From assembly GCA_050084985.1 (NCBI GenBank), contig JBITNC010000001.1, forward strand, positions 64,170,001-64,234,000: DNA of 64,000 nt, read 5' to 3'. Below are positions 52,234 to 64,000 of this stretch, in pieces. A program made the position numbers and the translations under genes. The DNA is from Nageia nagi. Its lineage: Eukaryota; Plantae; Pinophyta. The notes beneath the pieces are model-generated. The model worked only from the letters and a program-made list of their open reading frames with translations, was not told the DNA's origin and made no database searches. How positions within the stretch are numbered: position 1 is the stretch's first letter; the number at the start of each line of letters is the position of its first letter.

Positions 52234-52376
52234 GTCAGTTCATCTTCTAACCATCTAATTGCCATTTGTGGATTTTTCTTCCTCCAAGTATGCTCAGATG
52301 GGATTTGGATTTCATTGACATTTGTAGATTTTTCTTCCTCCAATTATGCTTAGATGGGATTTGGATTTGATTACAG

Positions 52377-53039
52377 ATCCAGAAGAAACAGGCAGAGCTA
52401 GCCCTAGTAAAGGCCAAAATCACCATCATGGCAAGTCATATTAATGATGTAAATTATATTGATATGGCACCCAGTACATCTTATGGGGTTCCTCCGTTGT
52501 ACAATAATCAGTTCAATCCAAATAATGAATCTGAGATGGCAAGTTACATTAGTGTAATTCAGAATGAGATTACCCACGGGGTTTCTCCATCGTTCAATGA
52601 TCAGATTAATCCAATTAATGAATCTGGGATAGCAAGTTATATTGATCTAATGCAGAATCAGATGGCAACCAGTTCGTCTCACGGGGTTCCTCCATTGCAC
52701 TGTGATAAATTTAATCCAATCAATGAATCTGAGATGGTAAGTTATGTTAATCTACTTCAGAATGAGATGACAACTTGTGCATCTGATGGTGTTCCTCAAT
52801 TGTACAATGATCAGTTTAATCCAATTAACCAAACTGAGATGGCCAATTATATTAATATAATTCAGAATGAGATGACACCCAGTGCATCTGATGGGGTTCC
52901 TCTACTGTACAATGATCAGTTTAATCCAATTAATGAATCTGAGATGGCAAGTTATATAAATGCAAATCAGAATGAGATCACACCTAGCTCATCTGATAGG
53001 GCTAGTCCATTTTATGATAATCAAGATCAATCCAATTAA
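52377..53039 (+). CDS. LBD: LBD exon 2 (zipper end plus repeat-rich C-terminus); spliced protein ~321 aa
   Basis: Acceptor ttacag|ATC ends at 52376 (143-bp phase-0 intron). The exon reads IQKKQAELALVKAKI, completing the coiled coil, and is in frame with ORF 52428..53039. Confidence 0.88.
   Translation: MQKKQAELALVKAKITIMASHINDVNYIDMAPSTSYGVPPLYNNQFNPNNESEMASYISVIQNEITHGVSPSFNDQINPINESGIASYIDLMQNQMATSSSHGVPPLHCDKFNPINESEMVSYVNLLQNEMTTCASDGVPQLYNDQFNPINQTEMANYINIIQNEMTPSASDGVPLLYNDQFNPINESEMASYINANQNEITPSSSDRASPFYDNQDQSN
52464..53036 (+). repeat. 105-bp (35-aa) coding tandem repeat, 5 copies plus a partial copy
   Basis: Consensus MxxSxSxGVPxLYNDQFNPINESEMASYIxxIQNE; copy 2 lacks 4 codons. Confidence 0.93.
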
Positions 53040-53649
53040 AGCATCCGAGGTTTCCTCGATGTTTCAAGAAATATTTCGCTTTTTGTAACTACATATTCTT
53101 TGGTAAGCTTTTTTATTCTTTAGTAGTGAGAACTGTGAAAACTTCAGAGAGGACAACCAACCATGGACTAAAATGAAAAAAATGCTGTTTTATTTATTAT
53201 CAAGTGATTCTAAGAGAGAAACTCTCTTTCTAAACGATTGTTCTATGAAGAGTTAGACAGTCACAAGATTAAATGGGCTTCTGGATCCATAGCCAGTTAT
53301 TGTGGTTGCAGTTAAAGGCATACATATGTTTTATGCAATTTCTGTAATAAAATATTTTCATGGATATCAATTGGACATATGTTTTTTCTTTCTTTCTTTT
53401 TTTTTTTTACACATATTCTGAATTAGTATTTTGTTAATATATCTTTTCACATTTTGCTTTTAAATTTTATATCACATTAGGGTTTTTTACGTTCTAAGCT
53501 GTGGATGATGAATTACGACCTAATATATATAATTTCACTATTACTCCGTGTATGTGTGAATAGAAAAGATGAGAGATTGTGTTAGAAAAAAAAGTTACTT
53601 TTTCTTATTTTAAAACTTCATCGGAGTCGAGCACCAAAATTTATTTGTT

Positions 53650-54110
53650 TTACATAATCTATTGAATAATAAGAAACAAAGGTTAAATTAATGAAAATAA
53701 ATGATAAATAAATATATTATGGGAAATGTTTTCATTATTGATGTATTATAAATATTTTCAAAAAGTATTGTCGAATCTAGTGATATTTTATATGAATACT
53801 ATAATAATTTGTGAATAATGATTGTTTTTCTTTATAAATCTACATAGGATTTTAAAAATGGATTTTCTCAATTTTTATATATCTATTAATATTCATAACT
53901 TGTAAAATAACAATTAAAAATTTAGTATTAATCTTTATATTTATAGTTTTATATGATAGATGAAGTTTTCATATGGTGGTGGAGTCCTATTAATTGAAAG
54001 ATAAGTTTTCAATATTTTAGATGTATGGATATTGTCATGAGATGTTGATAGAAAAAAAAGGTGATTTTCACCATAGGGTAAAAAAGATGAATTTCATCAT
54101 AGGTTATTTC
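53650..54110 (+). repeat. AT-rich segment duplicated at 55355-55396 plus 63437-63830 (empty-site copy of the LINE target)
   Basis: Shared blocks ttttcattattgat(g/t)tattataaatatttt, gatagatgaagt, ctatta(a/g)ttgaaagata. Confidence 0.8.
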
Positions 54111-55086
54111 ATTTCTAGATCATGTCCTCAAATAAAGTGTTAGAACTAAGGTTGATAAAGAATGTTTATTTAAATCATTACATTTCATTCTGATATTAAT
54201 TTAAATGCATATTTACATTTTAAATTGATAAATTATTTAGAAAGAAATGTCAATAAAATATATTTGGATTAGTGACTCCGGTTGACACCTCCTATTATAA
54301 AAAAAATCAATAAAATATATACAATTTTCAAGACCTCAATTTATAATGTTTAATGTGAATTTTGGATGTCAGGTTATAAAATGCAAGATCGAATAATTTC
54401 CAAGTACCAACCAAATTTATGATAAAATTACAAGCACTTCATGTGAAAACCCCACAATCTCTCCATGATCATAAAGGGAAGTTGAAATCATTGAGAAATA
54501 TATTGCTACATAAATACCATATTGGAATATATTTTATGTCAAAAGATATAGCTCCAATCTAGTTGAAGCAATAAAATGACAACCCTTAAAACTTTTGAAA
54601 CATTAAAAAATTCAAGAACAAGATCACCATTGGTCCTAAAATCACTTTACATGATTACCATTGACCCTATTTATAGGGGTTTTAATCGTAAAATATATTC
54701 TATAATATATGTCTTATATCCACTATCTTTATCTCTTTCAAGAATTGAATGCATATCAATTTTTTTACTTTTTATGAGTAACATATGGTAGGGATCTCAA
54801 TCATCATCAAGGTTGGTCAAACCCCCTAAAATATCTAGGATAATTTTAAAATACCTCCCAAAATCCTAATATTTAAGATCCATTCATAAAAATTTTGAAG
54901 AATTTAATTTAGGGATAGAATATTTAAAATTAGATACACAAGTGTTGTTCATTGAGTTTCATATAATTGTATGATATATTTATTATTTGTACCTCTTTTT
55001 ATTCTAAATTTGAATGTTGATAGACCAATAACTTCTTGTTGTTATATTTTTGGTCATTTATTTTCATGGATGGATATACTTGATTA

Positions 55087-55104
55087 CACACACACACACA
55101 CACA
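55087..55104. repeat. (AC)n microsatellite
   Basis: Direct reading. Confidence 0.9.
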
Positions 55105-55669
55105 TTTTTAGTGAATCCAAATTTTATTTCATTAATCTATATTTCATCTAGGTTAAAAAAGTGCTTTTGGTAAAAATAAGAGATGATAGAAAAATTATTG
55201 CATAAGGATGGATTGGTTGGGGATCTTAGACTCTTCCCCAATAAAAATATTTTATTCCAATGAACTTATAATGTACATCATTCTCTACATTTCTAGTAAA
55301 CCCACATTTTATTTTTTGGATTTGGATCTTATTTAAGTAAACAATAAAATTAATAAACATATATTATTGAATAATAAAAAATAAAGGATAAATTAAAATT
55401 AGTGTGCAAATATGTTTACAACAATGTGTAGGCTAGAGTGAGAAACTAGAAATCGTACAAACCTTGGGAAGGAGGGTGGTACATGAGCATCTAGGGTTTT
55501 CTATGGCATATAAGGTTTCTATAATGGCATCAGATTTAAGGGAAGTCTCGCTTACCTCCTATAAATTATTTAAGTAGGCCCTTCAAAACCAATCCCCCAA
55601 TATCCTCCAATCTTTTGCTTATCTTAGTAATAATTATCTAGCTCGCTAGTGGAGAGTGGAGGATCTTAA

Positions 55670-56930
55670 TGTCAATTATGGATGCTTACAAGAGGTAACA
55701 AATACTCTCATGGTCCAATTAAACAAGGAGATCATAAAGGATGAAATTTCTAAACTCAAATCCACAACCTTAATATGTAGGTTCATGTGATACAAATCCT
55801 ATCAAGGAACATTGAAACCTAGGTTGTCTAAAGTTGGAATACTAGAGATGATTTATTCCTTAGCTTTTACCTCCATGATTATTTTCTAGTTATTTTTGCT
55901 TATGAGGAAAAAAAAAGGATGAAATATTTCAAGGAGACCCTTGGTTCCTTGGTAGTTTTGGTATCTTTATGAAACTATGATACATTAATTTTATCCCTAA
56001 ACCTAATTTGTCATCCTCCATCCCACTTTGGATCAAAATATGTTACTTTCCTTTCAAATTCTAGAATATCAAACCTTTGGAATAAATAAGTAAATCTTTA
56101 GGGTCCAATATTAGAATCTCAAGCAAAATCCAAGAGATGAAGACTCTCTCATATGCCCACCTTTACATCCAGTTGGTCCTAATCTCCCTTCTTAAAGGCT
56201 TACCATGGATGTTGTTAAAATTGGTTGTACCCTCATCATTAATTATAACATATCTCCTTTAGATGCTAACTTTGTCATGATTTTGACCATCTAACTCATC
56301 GTTGTACTCAAGCTTTCCATAGTGAACTAGAGATCTACATAGATGAGGGTGTAATACATCTAATAATTCATTCCCATCACTCTATCCCCCATACAAGATT
56401 ACAACAAAATCACAAGGCTAATGCTCCCATAAATCCAAAACCTTAAGTCATGATAGGTAAAAGAAACCTCCCCAACCATTCTACATCCAACAAGTTTTAA
56501 ATTCCTCAAACACTAGAAGAGTAATAATAGCTTCTATTAATTTTTGAACCTTCAAGCCCTCAACCTCAACTACCTATTTTTTTTATAAACACCATTATTA
56601 TCTAGCAAAAAATCAACCAACCTTCCAACCTTGAAGATTATAATATCCCATAATACCAACAAAATCTCCTAGATATTGAAATATCATTTGAAGACACTAT
56701 GTCTCTATCTTAACCTCCTAATCCTCTAATTCATTCCCATCCCTCAAATTTACAACTTCTAATGCTAGAGTCCCACATCAAAAATAAACCTTTAACCTAA
56801 GAAAAATTATCAACTCCTAAAATCATAAATGAAAGGGTAGGAATATGATGCAAGAGTGAGTCAAAAAAATAGCCCAAGGAAGAATCAAAGATGGATCTTT
56901 GCTAGTACTTGAGGAACTCCTCAAATAAAA
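55670..56930 (+). pseudogene. LINE ORF1 remnant (DUF4283/RRM-like)
   Basis: TTLICRF, FQGDPWFLGSFGIFMK, IPLWIKICYFPFKF motifs typical of plant L1 ORF1. Confidence 0.7.
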
Positions 56931-58739
56931 AAGTCCAAGGTGATAAATGAATATCATTTCTTAGAACATGAGGGGCCTCTATTACCCCTAACTCTTGTAA
57001 TAATAAAATTACTAGTATCCTTAAAAACATTGGTCATCATCCTCATTCAACAATCCAAGAACAAGGAAGCTTCCTTAAAGAAACTTAAGAATTGATAAGG
57101 CTCCTTAACTTATGGGATCACTCTTAAGTAGATTTTCTTCTTGATGTACTATGTCTAAACTAGATTGGGGTTAAATGCAAACACCTCTAATCAAATATAG
57201 TATTCAACTTAGTTAATGTATATAACCCCTAACCCCATAGTCAAAATAAAACTTATGAGCACCAAATTACTAACTAGGTCAAAAACCATGCCTTCATCCC
57301 CTATATCCTTGGTGGTGATTTTAATATCATCAAGCATTTTAGCAATGAAGAAGGTGGAATAAGGAAGCTCAACCCTAGATTAGATGATTTTTATGGTTTC
57401 ATTAATCATATCCAACTAATATATCCCTCCTATAAAAGTGGGCTTTATAATTGGTCAAATAAGCAACTAATGAATAAAAAAGATTCAAGAAAAAAATGAT
57501 TATTTTCTAGTCTCCCTTCATTGGCTTAAGAGTGAGCATACACTTAAAAATAAGATACTTATCTCAAGTGGATCAAATTATTGGCTAGTAGCACTCTCCT
57601 ATACATCCCATCTCAAATCATGAGAAATCCCCTTTTGTTTTCATTAGATGTTGTTACTCCATGGCTCCTTTGGAAAACTAGTTAAACATTGGTGATGAGA
57701 GGAGAGGCACATCTATGGTATAAGTACATATAAAATTTTAAACAAACTCCATAAGTTGAAAGGGAAGATAAAGATATAGAAGAAGATAATATTTAGGGGT
57801 ATGGTTGAAAATAGGTTACACCTAAAGGCACAATAATAATAGATTGACTCTCAACTAGTACACGAACAATCTAATAGCACTCTTCTTGAGCAAGAAATAA
57901 ATATACTGACTAAATTGGAAAAATCATTCATAAATAAAGAATTATTAAGGAAATAAAATTCTAGGATTAAATGGTTATAAGAGGGAGATAACAATACCAA
58001 GTATTTTTATTTGACCACCATGTTCCATCACCTACATAATTGAATATCTTCTTTGGATATTACACAAGGGCTAACCATATCTTACAAAAATGAAATTAGT
58101 TACCACATCATCTTTTTTCCCATAATTTTATTGCCAATGAAGAGATCCAAATATTATAATCTCAATATTTTATGTTGATATCCATTCCCAACTTGATAGA
58201 TCATTTCCAAAATCAAATCTTGATTAGTTCCATTTAACAAGTCAAAGTTGAAGCAACCCTCTTCCAAATAAAGCCATTTGGATTTCCTAGACCTAGAGAC
58301 TTTCCTGCAAGTTTATTTCAACAATTTAAATCCCATTATAAATATGAGATAATTAATGTTGTAAAGGATACTCTTTCCTATAACATGCTTAGAAGGATCA
58401 ACCATACCTTCCTTGTTCTTTCTTCAAAGGTTGAAGGTGCTAAAACTATTGATCCTTTCATTCAATTTTCTTATGCAATGTTATTTATAAAATCATCTCA
58501 AATGTTATGATTAACTTAAATAGGTTCTTCCATTGATAATCTCATAAGAGAAAAAAGCCTTTGTAAAATAATTTCATCTAATTTCTAGTATCACTCTAAT
58601 TCAAGAATTGATCCACTATGTTAACTGTCAACACAACAAGGGTATTCTCTTTAAATTAGATATGGAAAAAGCTTTTAATTGGGTTAATTGGTATTTAATA
58701 TTCCATTTAATGTTAAAATTTGGCTTTAAAAACACTTGA

Positions 58740-60726
58740 TGTATATGCATAAATATGAATTTTATTAATTAATAAATCATATTTATTACACCAAGAAATA
58801 ATATTGTATAAAGGATGTAAATGCACCACAAGAAATATAATGAGATGATAATAATGTAAAAGGTGTATATATCAAGAACAAATGCATCTATAAAAGAATA
58901 TCAAATAAATATATTCCATATGCAAGGAAGTCCAAGGAATGTGCCACAAATAAAATGTTGTCTTTAGACACCACTAATCAGCCTTGGGTTTGTTATTCCA
59001 TAGTTGTGGTGATCATCTTTTGTTCTTTGCATGAGGTCATATTCTTTATAATTTAGAGCATTTGCACTCTACATTTGACTATTTTCACATTGCAAGCACT
59101 CTTCTTCCTACATTTGATAGAGTGGTAATTTGACTACCTAGAGCTTGTTGATGATCATAAGGTAGGCATACGATAACTCGTTTCATATGTTCTTAGAAAG
59201 ATCTATTCATTTATGAAGTTATTGCATTAGTTAGAGATAAGATCTAGATTGCATTGCTTCACACATATATTGTAGACTATATTTTAATTATTTATTTTAT
59301 TCATTATTTATGGTTTACCTTTTTGGTGAACCCATTGGTTTAAAGGATTTTATCCCTTAGGGAAAGATTTTATGCATATCAAATAAGGAGTTTCATTTGG
59401 ATACCCTTTTTTTTCAAGTTCTCATTGACCACTCCTTTAGTAGATTCTAATAGTGACTAATTGGCCACTACTTTGATAGATACCAATGTTGATTTTTTGC
59501 CACTACTTTGGAAGATTCTAATAATTACTCATTGGTCGCTATCTTATAGATACGAATATTTATACATTGGCCATCATCTTGTAGATACCAATGGTAATTT
59601 ATTACTTTAGTAAATACCAATATTCACATGATGGAAAAGCAGATCAAAAGGAAGCAATGAAGAGCATAGTTTCTTGGAATCCAAAAAGAAGTGAATAAGC
59701 AACATCCATGCTATCTATAGCTTGTAATAATAGCATACATGCCCTTCTTTCTTGCAATAATAATACACAAATAACCTTATTAATAAATTAAGATATTTTG
59801 AAGGTATTCAAAACCTATGAACTTCATAGTATCATAAATGAAGGAGTTACCCCCATCCATCAAGTGAGGAGAGGAGAATTTTTGGTTGCATCATGTACAA
59901 TGACTAAAGGAATATATCTTAGAGAGTAGAGCCAAAGGCATCATCAATCCTTCAAGATGAGAGTTTCTAATTAATTCCTAGGGAAACCTTAGAATATCAT
60001 CTTCCCCCATCTTATTTTTATCTTTATTACCCCATCCATAGAGTTTTCCTGGGGCAACTAATATAAAAAGGGGTATACAAGGAGTATGAAATTAGCAATA
60101 TTCAAGGAAGAATAGTTCACTTTAGGCATATATTTTTCTTTACTTCTTTGAATTATGCAATTTCAATTCTTTTCATTACATATCCAAAGAGGGACAAAAT
60201 GTAGATGCTTAAATATGATTTTTATTAATTAATAAATCATATTTATTGCACCAAGAAATAATATTATAAACAAGGTGTAAATGCATGACAAGAAATGTAA
60301 TGAGCAGACAACAATGTAAAAGATGTATATCTCAAGAACAAATGCATCTATAAAAGAATATCAAAGTAACATATTTCACATGCAAGAAAGTCCAAGGAAT
60401 GAACCACAACTAAAATGGTATCTTTAGACATTAGCTATCGATCTTGTATTTGTTATGCCCTAGTTGTGGTAATCATCTTTCGTTCATTATGCGAGATTGA
60501 ATTCTTCATAATTTAAAACATCCATGCTATGCATGTGATTGAATTCATGGTATGGGAACTCTTCTTCTTGCATCTGATGGAGTGGTAATTCGAATACCAA
60601 GAGCTCTTTGAAGATCATAAGGTGGGCATGTGCTCACTCATTTTGCATGTACTCAAAAATATCTATCTAATCATGAGGTTTGTACATCAATTAGATATCA
60701 TATCTATATTGCATGAATTAAAATAT

Positions 60727-60783
<57 letters not shown>

Positions 60784-60819
60784 TGAATTATTTATTTAAT
60801 TCATTATTTATAGCTTACA
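58740..60819 (+). mobile_element. 2.08-kb non-autonomous LTR element (TRIM/LARD-like) nested in LINE RT
   Basis: LTRs at 58740-59319 and 60200-60819. TSD cttga/cttgg. PBS-like tggtgaacccattgg after the 5' LTR. PPT aaagagggacaaaa before 60200. No coding motifs in the 880-bp interior. Removal restores GFKNTWIQWISS. Confidence 0.88.
60728..60781. repeat. (TA)n microsatellite within the 3' LTR
   Basis: A long TA run absent from the 5' LTR. Confidence 0.9.
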
Positions 60820-63800
60820 CTTGGATTCAATGGATCTCCTCTCTTATATAGAGTTCCCATTTTTTTATTGTTATCAATGGGGAAGCTAAAGGTTATTTCA
60901 AGAGTACAAGGGATTTAAGGTAAGGATATCCCCTTTCTCCCAATATTTTCATTATCCTTATTGAAGCTTAGGCAATATCCTCAACCAATTCCAAGCATTA
61001 AATAAGATTACTATCCTCTCCTTAAATGGCAATTGTCATTTGATCACCCACTCCCAATTTGTAGATGATACACTTTTTGTTGTTTCCCTCTCATACCAAT
61101 ACCTTAATTAATATTTAAACTTTCTAAATATCTATGAATAAGCCTCTAGGAAAGCAATTAATAGATCCAAATTCAAACTTAGAAGTCTCAATATATCAAC
61201 CCATTTTCTTCATAGAATCTCTTAGTCTATTGTGTATGTAGATTGCTTCTCTTTCCACCACTTACCTTGGCATACCCATTGCATTATGTGATGAATTGAC
61301 TTTTAGAATATATAATTGTAAAAATAAGAAAACATTAGCTAGTTAGAAAGCTAAGTGGATAGTTTAAATAGGTAGAATGTTTAAGCTAAAATCAATCCCT
61401 TGATCCATTACCATTTTTTGGTTGATTTCTCATTGGCTACCATTCAAATTTCTCAAAGTTGTAGAATATTTAATAAGAGAATTCCTTTGGAACTAATGCT
61501 TATATGTTTGAAAGTTGCACTTAGTTTCCTAGGATACCATTTTTCGTAAGAAATTATAAGGGGGATTGGTATCAAGAGCCTTCGCTATATGAACATATCT
61601 TTTCTTGATAAACAAATATGGTAAATCTAAAAAAACCCTTCTACTACTTGGATCAAAGCTTATCAATCCAAGTACTTGGATGTGAAGGAACTTGAAATAA
61701 TTTTCATCATAGAAAAAATCCCTTCAAGATATCTAAACATAAAAAAGTCATAGATATATCATGAAAGTTTTCAAATGGGAAATTGGAAATTGTTCTAAAG
61801 TAGATTTTTGGCATGATCTCTATTATAAACACAACCCTTAGGATCAACAAAATATTTTCCCATTCTTAAAAAAAACTTATTACTAATTGGGGAGTAATGA
61901 TTGAAAAGTATTGATCATGGCATCTAGAATAGGGCTAACAAATAAATATACCTTCCCATCCATCTAATTATGTCTAAGAATCAAGGATATTGGCAAGCCT
62001 TCTTTCTCAATATTATCTTCAAAACTTTGAAGAAGTGGATAAACTTGTTTAGGTCCCTAAACCCAAGGGTGAATATCAAGTGAAAATAATTTACCACTCT
62101 ATATCCAAAGAACTAAACTCAACTCTCCCTCCTTTTATCTAGAAAAAAGTTTAGAACACCAAAGCATAAACAAAAGCTAGTTTATTCCTTTGACTAAGTG
62201 TTCATAACAAATTTCTTTGGGTTGAATAGTTGATGAAACATAGATGAAATGGACCCTTTATTTTTATTATCTATGTAAATATTAAAGAATTTATATCTTA
62301 CTAATTGATTAATTGACCCTATTCTCACATAATTTGGTGCAAATTTCTCTCAATCCAATGGGTTATCCTAGGCTTAATCAACGATGTAATCACCATGTGG
62401 ACCCCTTATCATAAGAACATTATTCTTGAATTGCTCAAGTATGACTTCCTAGCAATTCTCTCCTAGTCATTCTAGTTGAAATGTAATAATATATTATTTA
62501 TAATCTCAATAATAGATGTAGATAAACTCAAGTTTAGCATTGAATTGAAATTGTTCCACTTCTTGGTAGCTCATATTTCTACCAAAATAATCACTAAATG
62601 AGATATTAAAGCTTTTAAAACATGGAAGAAAATGCATTTATACATCATCAACCTAATAGATCCTCCCAATCCTTCAAAACCTACAAAAAAATGATGTAAG
62701 ATCCAATGATCAATCCACATCCCCCAAAGAAGAAGTTATACTATTTATTATTTTCCCTATTCTACTTTATGATCGATGTTCATTTACATTTTTAGGTTCA
62801 AATTACTTCTCATAATCAAAGGAAATTCTAGGGCTATATCTAAATTGAATAAGAATGAGTCCATCAATTCTCATCTCAAAAGTTCCATGTTTGACCATAG
62901 AGTTAAATACATTCAAATCACATTTTACTCCTTGAAATGCCACCATTTTTTCTCACTAGTGTGCTCCAACAGTCATGCATTGTCATCATGGCTCTATGAA
63001 GTGATGGTTAAGAATAGTTTTAACATTTATAGTCTCTTTTTTCAATACATCCTTTGTATCTATTCATAAAATCTTTCTAGCTATCTCTATATATTTTTTC
63101 TATGTTAAGTGGGTTATTATCAAATATAAAATGTTTACCAAGTAAACTTAGCTCCAATTCAAGAGGGAATACTCATAATCAAGTTTTTATTCTAGAGTAT
63201 CTCAATGAAGTATAGTAGTCCTATAGTTTTGATTTTTAGAAAAGGAGCAATCTTCATATCTGCACCACAACTATCTAAAGCTAATGCTCACAATCTAAAC
63301 CTTCTCTAGCTACCACAAATCTCGTTAAGTTATTCCCATTTTTATTATCTTTATATTACTTTCTAGATGCCAATGGCTTCACTATGGATTTAATTTTATT
63401 TTGTGTAAATATAATTTTTTTAGTTACAAAAAAAAAACAAAGGATAGATTAATAAAAATAAATAAAGTATATGAACCATTTTCATTATTGATTTATTATA
63501 AATATTTTTCAAAAAATATTGTTAGCTTATGTGAACCTAGTGATGTTTTATGTAAATATTACAATAATCCATTAATATCAAGCTCTTTATTTACAAATAT
63601 ACATATGGATTCTCCAAATTTATATATATTTTTTATTATCTATAAGTTGTAACATAGTAATTGAAAATGTAATGTTAATCTTTATATAAGAGATGTCTAG
63701 CTTGATAGATGAAGTCTTCATGATAGTGGCCAAACCCTATTAGTTGAAAGATAGGTTTTTAGTATTTTATATGTATAGATATTATCATAATATGCTGATA

Positions 63801-64000
63801 AAAATAATGAATTCCATCCTAGGTTAGCATTTTATATGTAGACCCAAAAATATGCAATTAATGAATAAATACATAGATAAATAAATAGTCTACGAATACA
63901 ATGATTATACAATGATATGCTCTATATCAGATACATAATGAATGTACATAAAACATATAAACCTGATATAGAGTGGGTAAGTAGCTAATTTGTGTACAAT

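Larger units (their letters stand above)
56947..62700 (+). pseudogene. LINE ORF2 remnant (APE endonuclease, RT, zf-RVT), interrupted by an LTR element
   Basis: MNIIS*NMRGL, ILGGDFN, EGDNNTKYF, LFKLDMEKAFNWVNW, then after the insertion WIQWISS..INGEAKGYFKSTRDLR*GYPLSP, HSQFVDD, TYLGIP, WEIGNCSKVDFWHD. Confidence 0.9.
55397..63436 (+). mobile_element. L1-type LINE, apparently full length, degraded
   Basis: ORF1 and ORF2 remnants; poly(A) at 63428-63436; 16-bp TSD ataaaggataaattaa (55381-55396) / acaaaggatagattaa (63437-63452). Confidence 0.88.

Noticed and set aside
51868-52353. ORF-track 161-aa and 203-aa ORFs as two separate genes
   Set aside because: The first starts at TTG and reads into the intron. 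ATG 51931 plus a GT-AG intron (52234-52376) joins both into one LBD protein with a completed zipper.
54440-54800. Possible short solo LTR (tgtgaaaacccc...gggatctca)
   Set aside because: The terminal inverted repeat is imperfect and no TSD was found.

Overview
AT-rich, CpG-depleted plant nuclear DNA. The retroelement families and their decay suggest a gymnosperm; this is an inference. Only one apparently intact host gene is present: a two-exon class I LBD/AS2 (LOB-domain) gene at 51931-53039, with non-canonical GAS-block and zipper residues and a C-terminus of about 5.5 tandem 35-aa repeats. The rest is largely nested transposon sequence, with boundaries resolved from LTRs, PBS/PPT and target-site duplications (TSDs). 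(1) A Tat/Ogre-type Gypsy remnant whose integrase is folded into an ~820-bp inverted repeat. (2) Two LTR-bounded chromovirus-type Gypsy elements (17252-25661, 25851-31345). (3) A three-level nest: an old pol-less Copia-like element (33206-47622) contains a short A-tailed retroposon, which contains a young Copia (33823-43307). (4) A full-length degraded L1 LINE (55397-63436) carrying a 2.1-kb non-autonomous LTR element. The most notable signal is in the young Copia. Its ~3.6-kb 5' leader carries a mosaic of captured host-gene fragments (intronless, apparently exon-skipped HGSNAT-like; PPR; SCD2-like), and this cargo is bracketed by a candidate GT...AG intron ending 2 nt before the gag ATG. Protein family assignments come from motif recognition by eye and need database confirmation.
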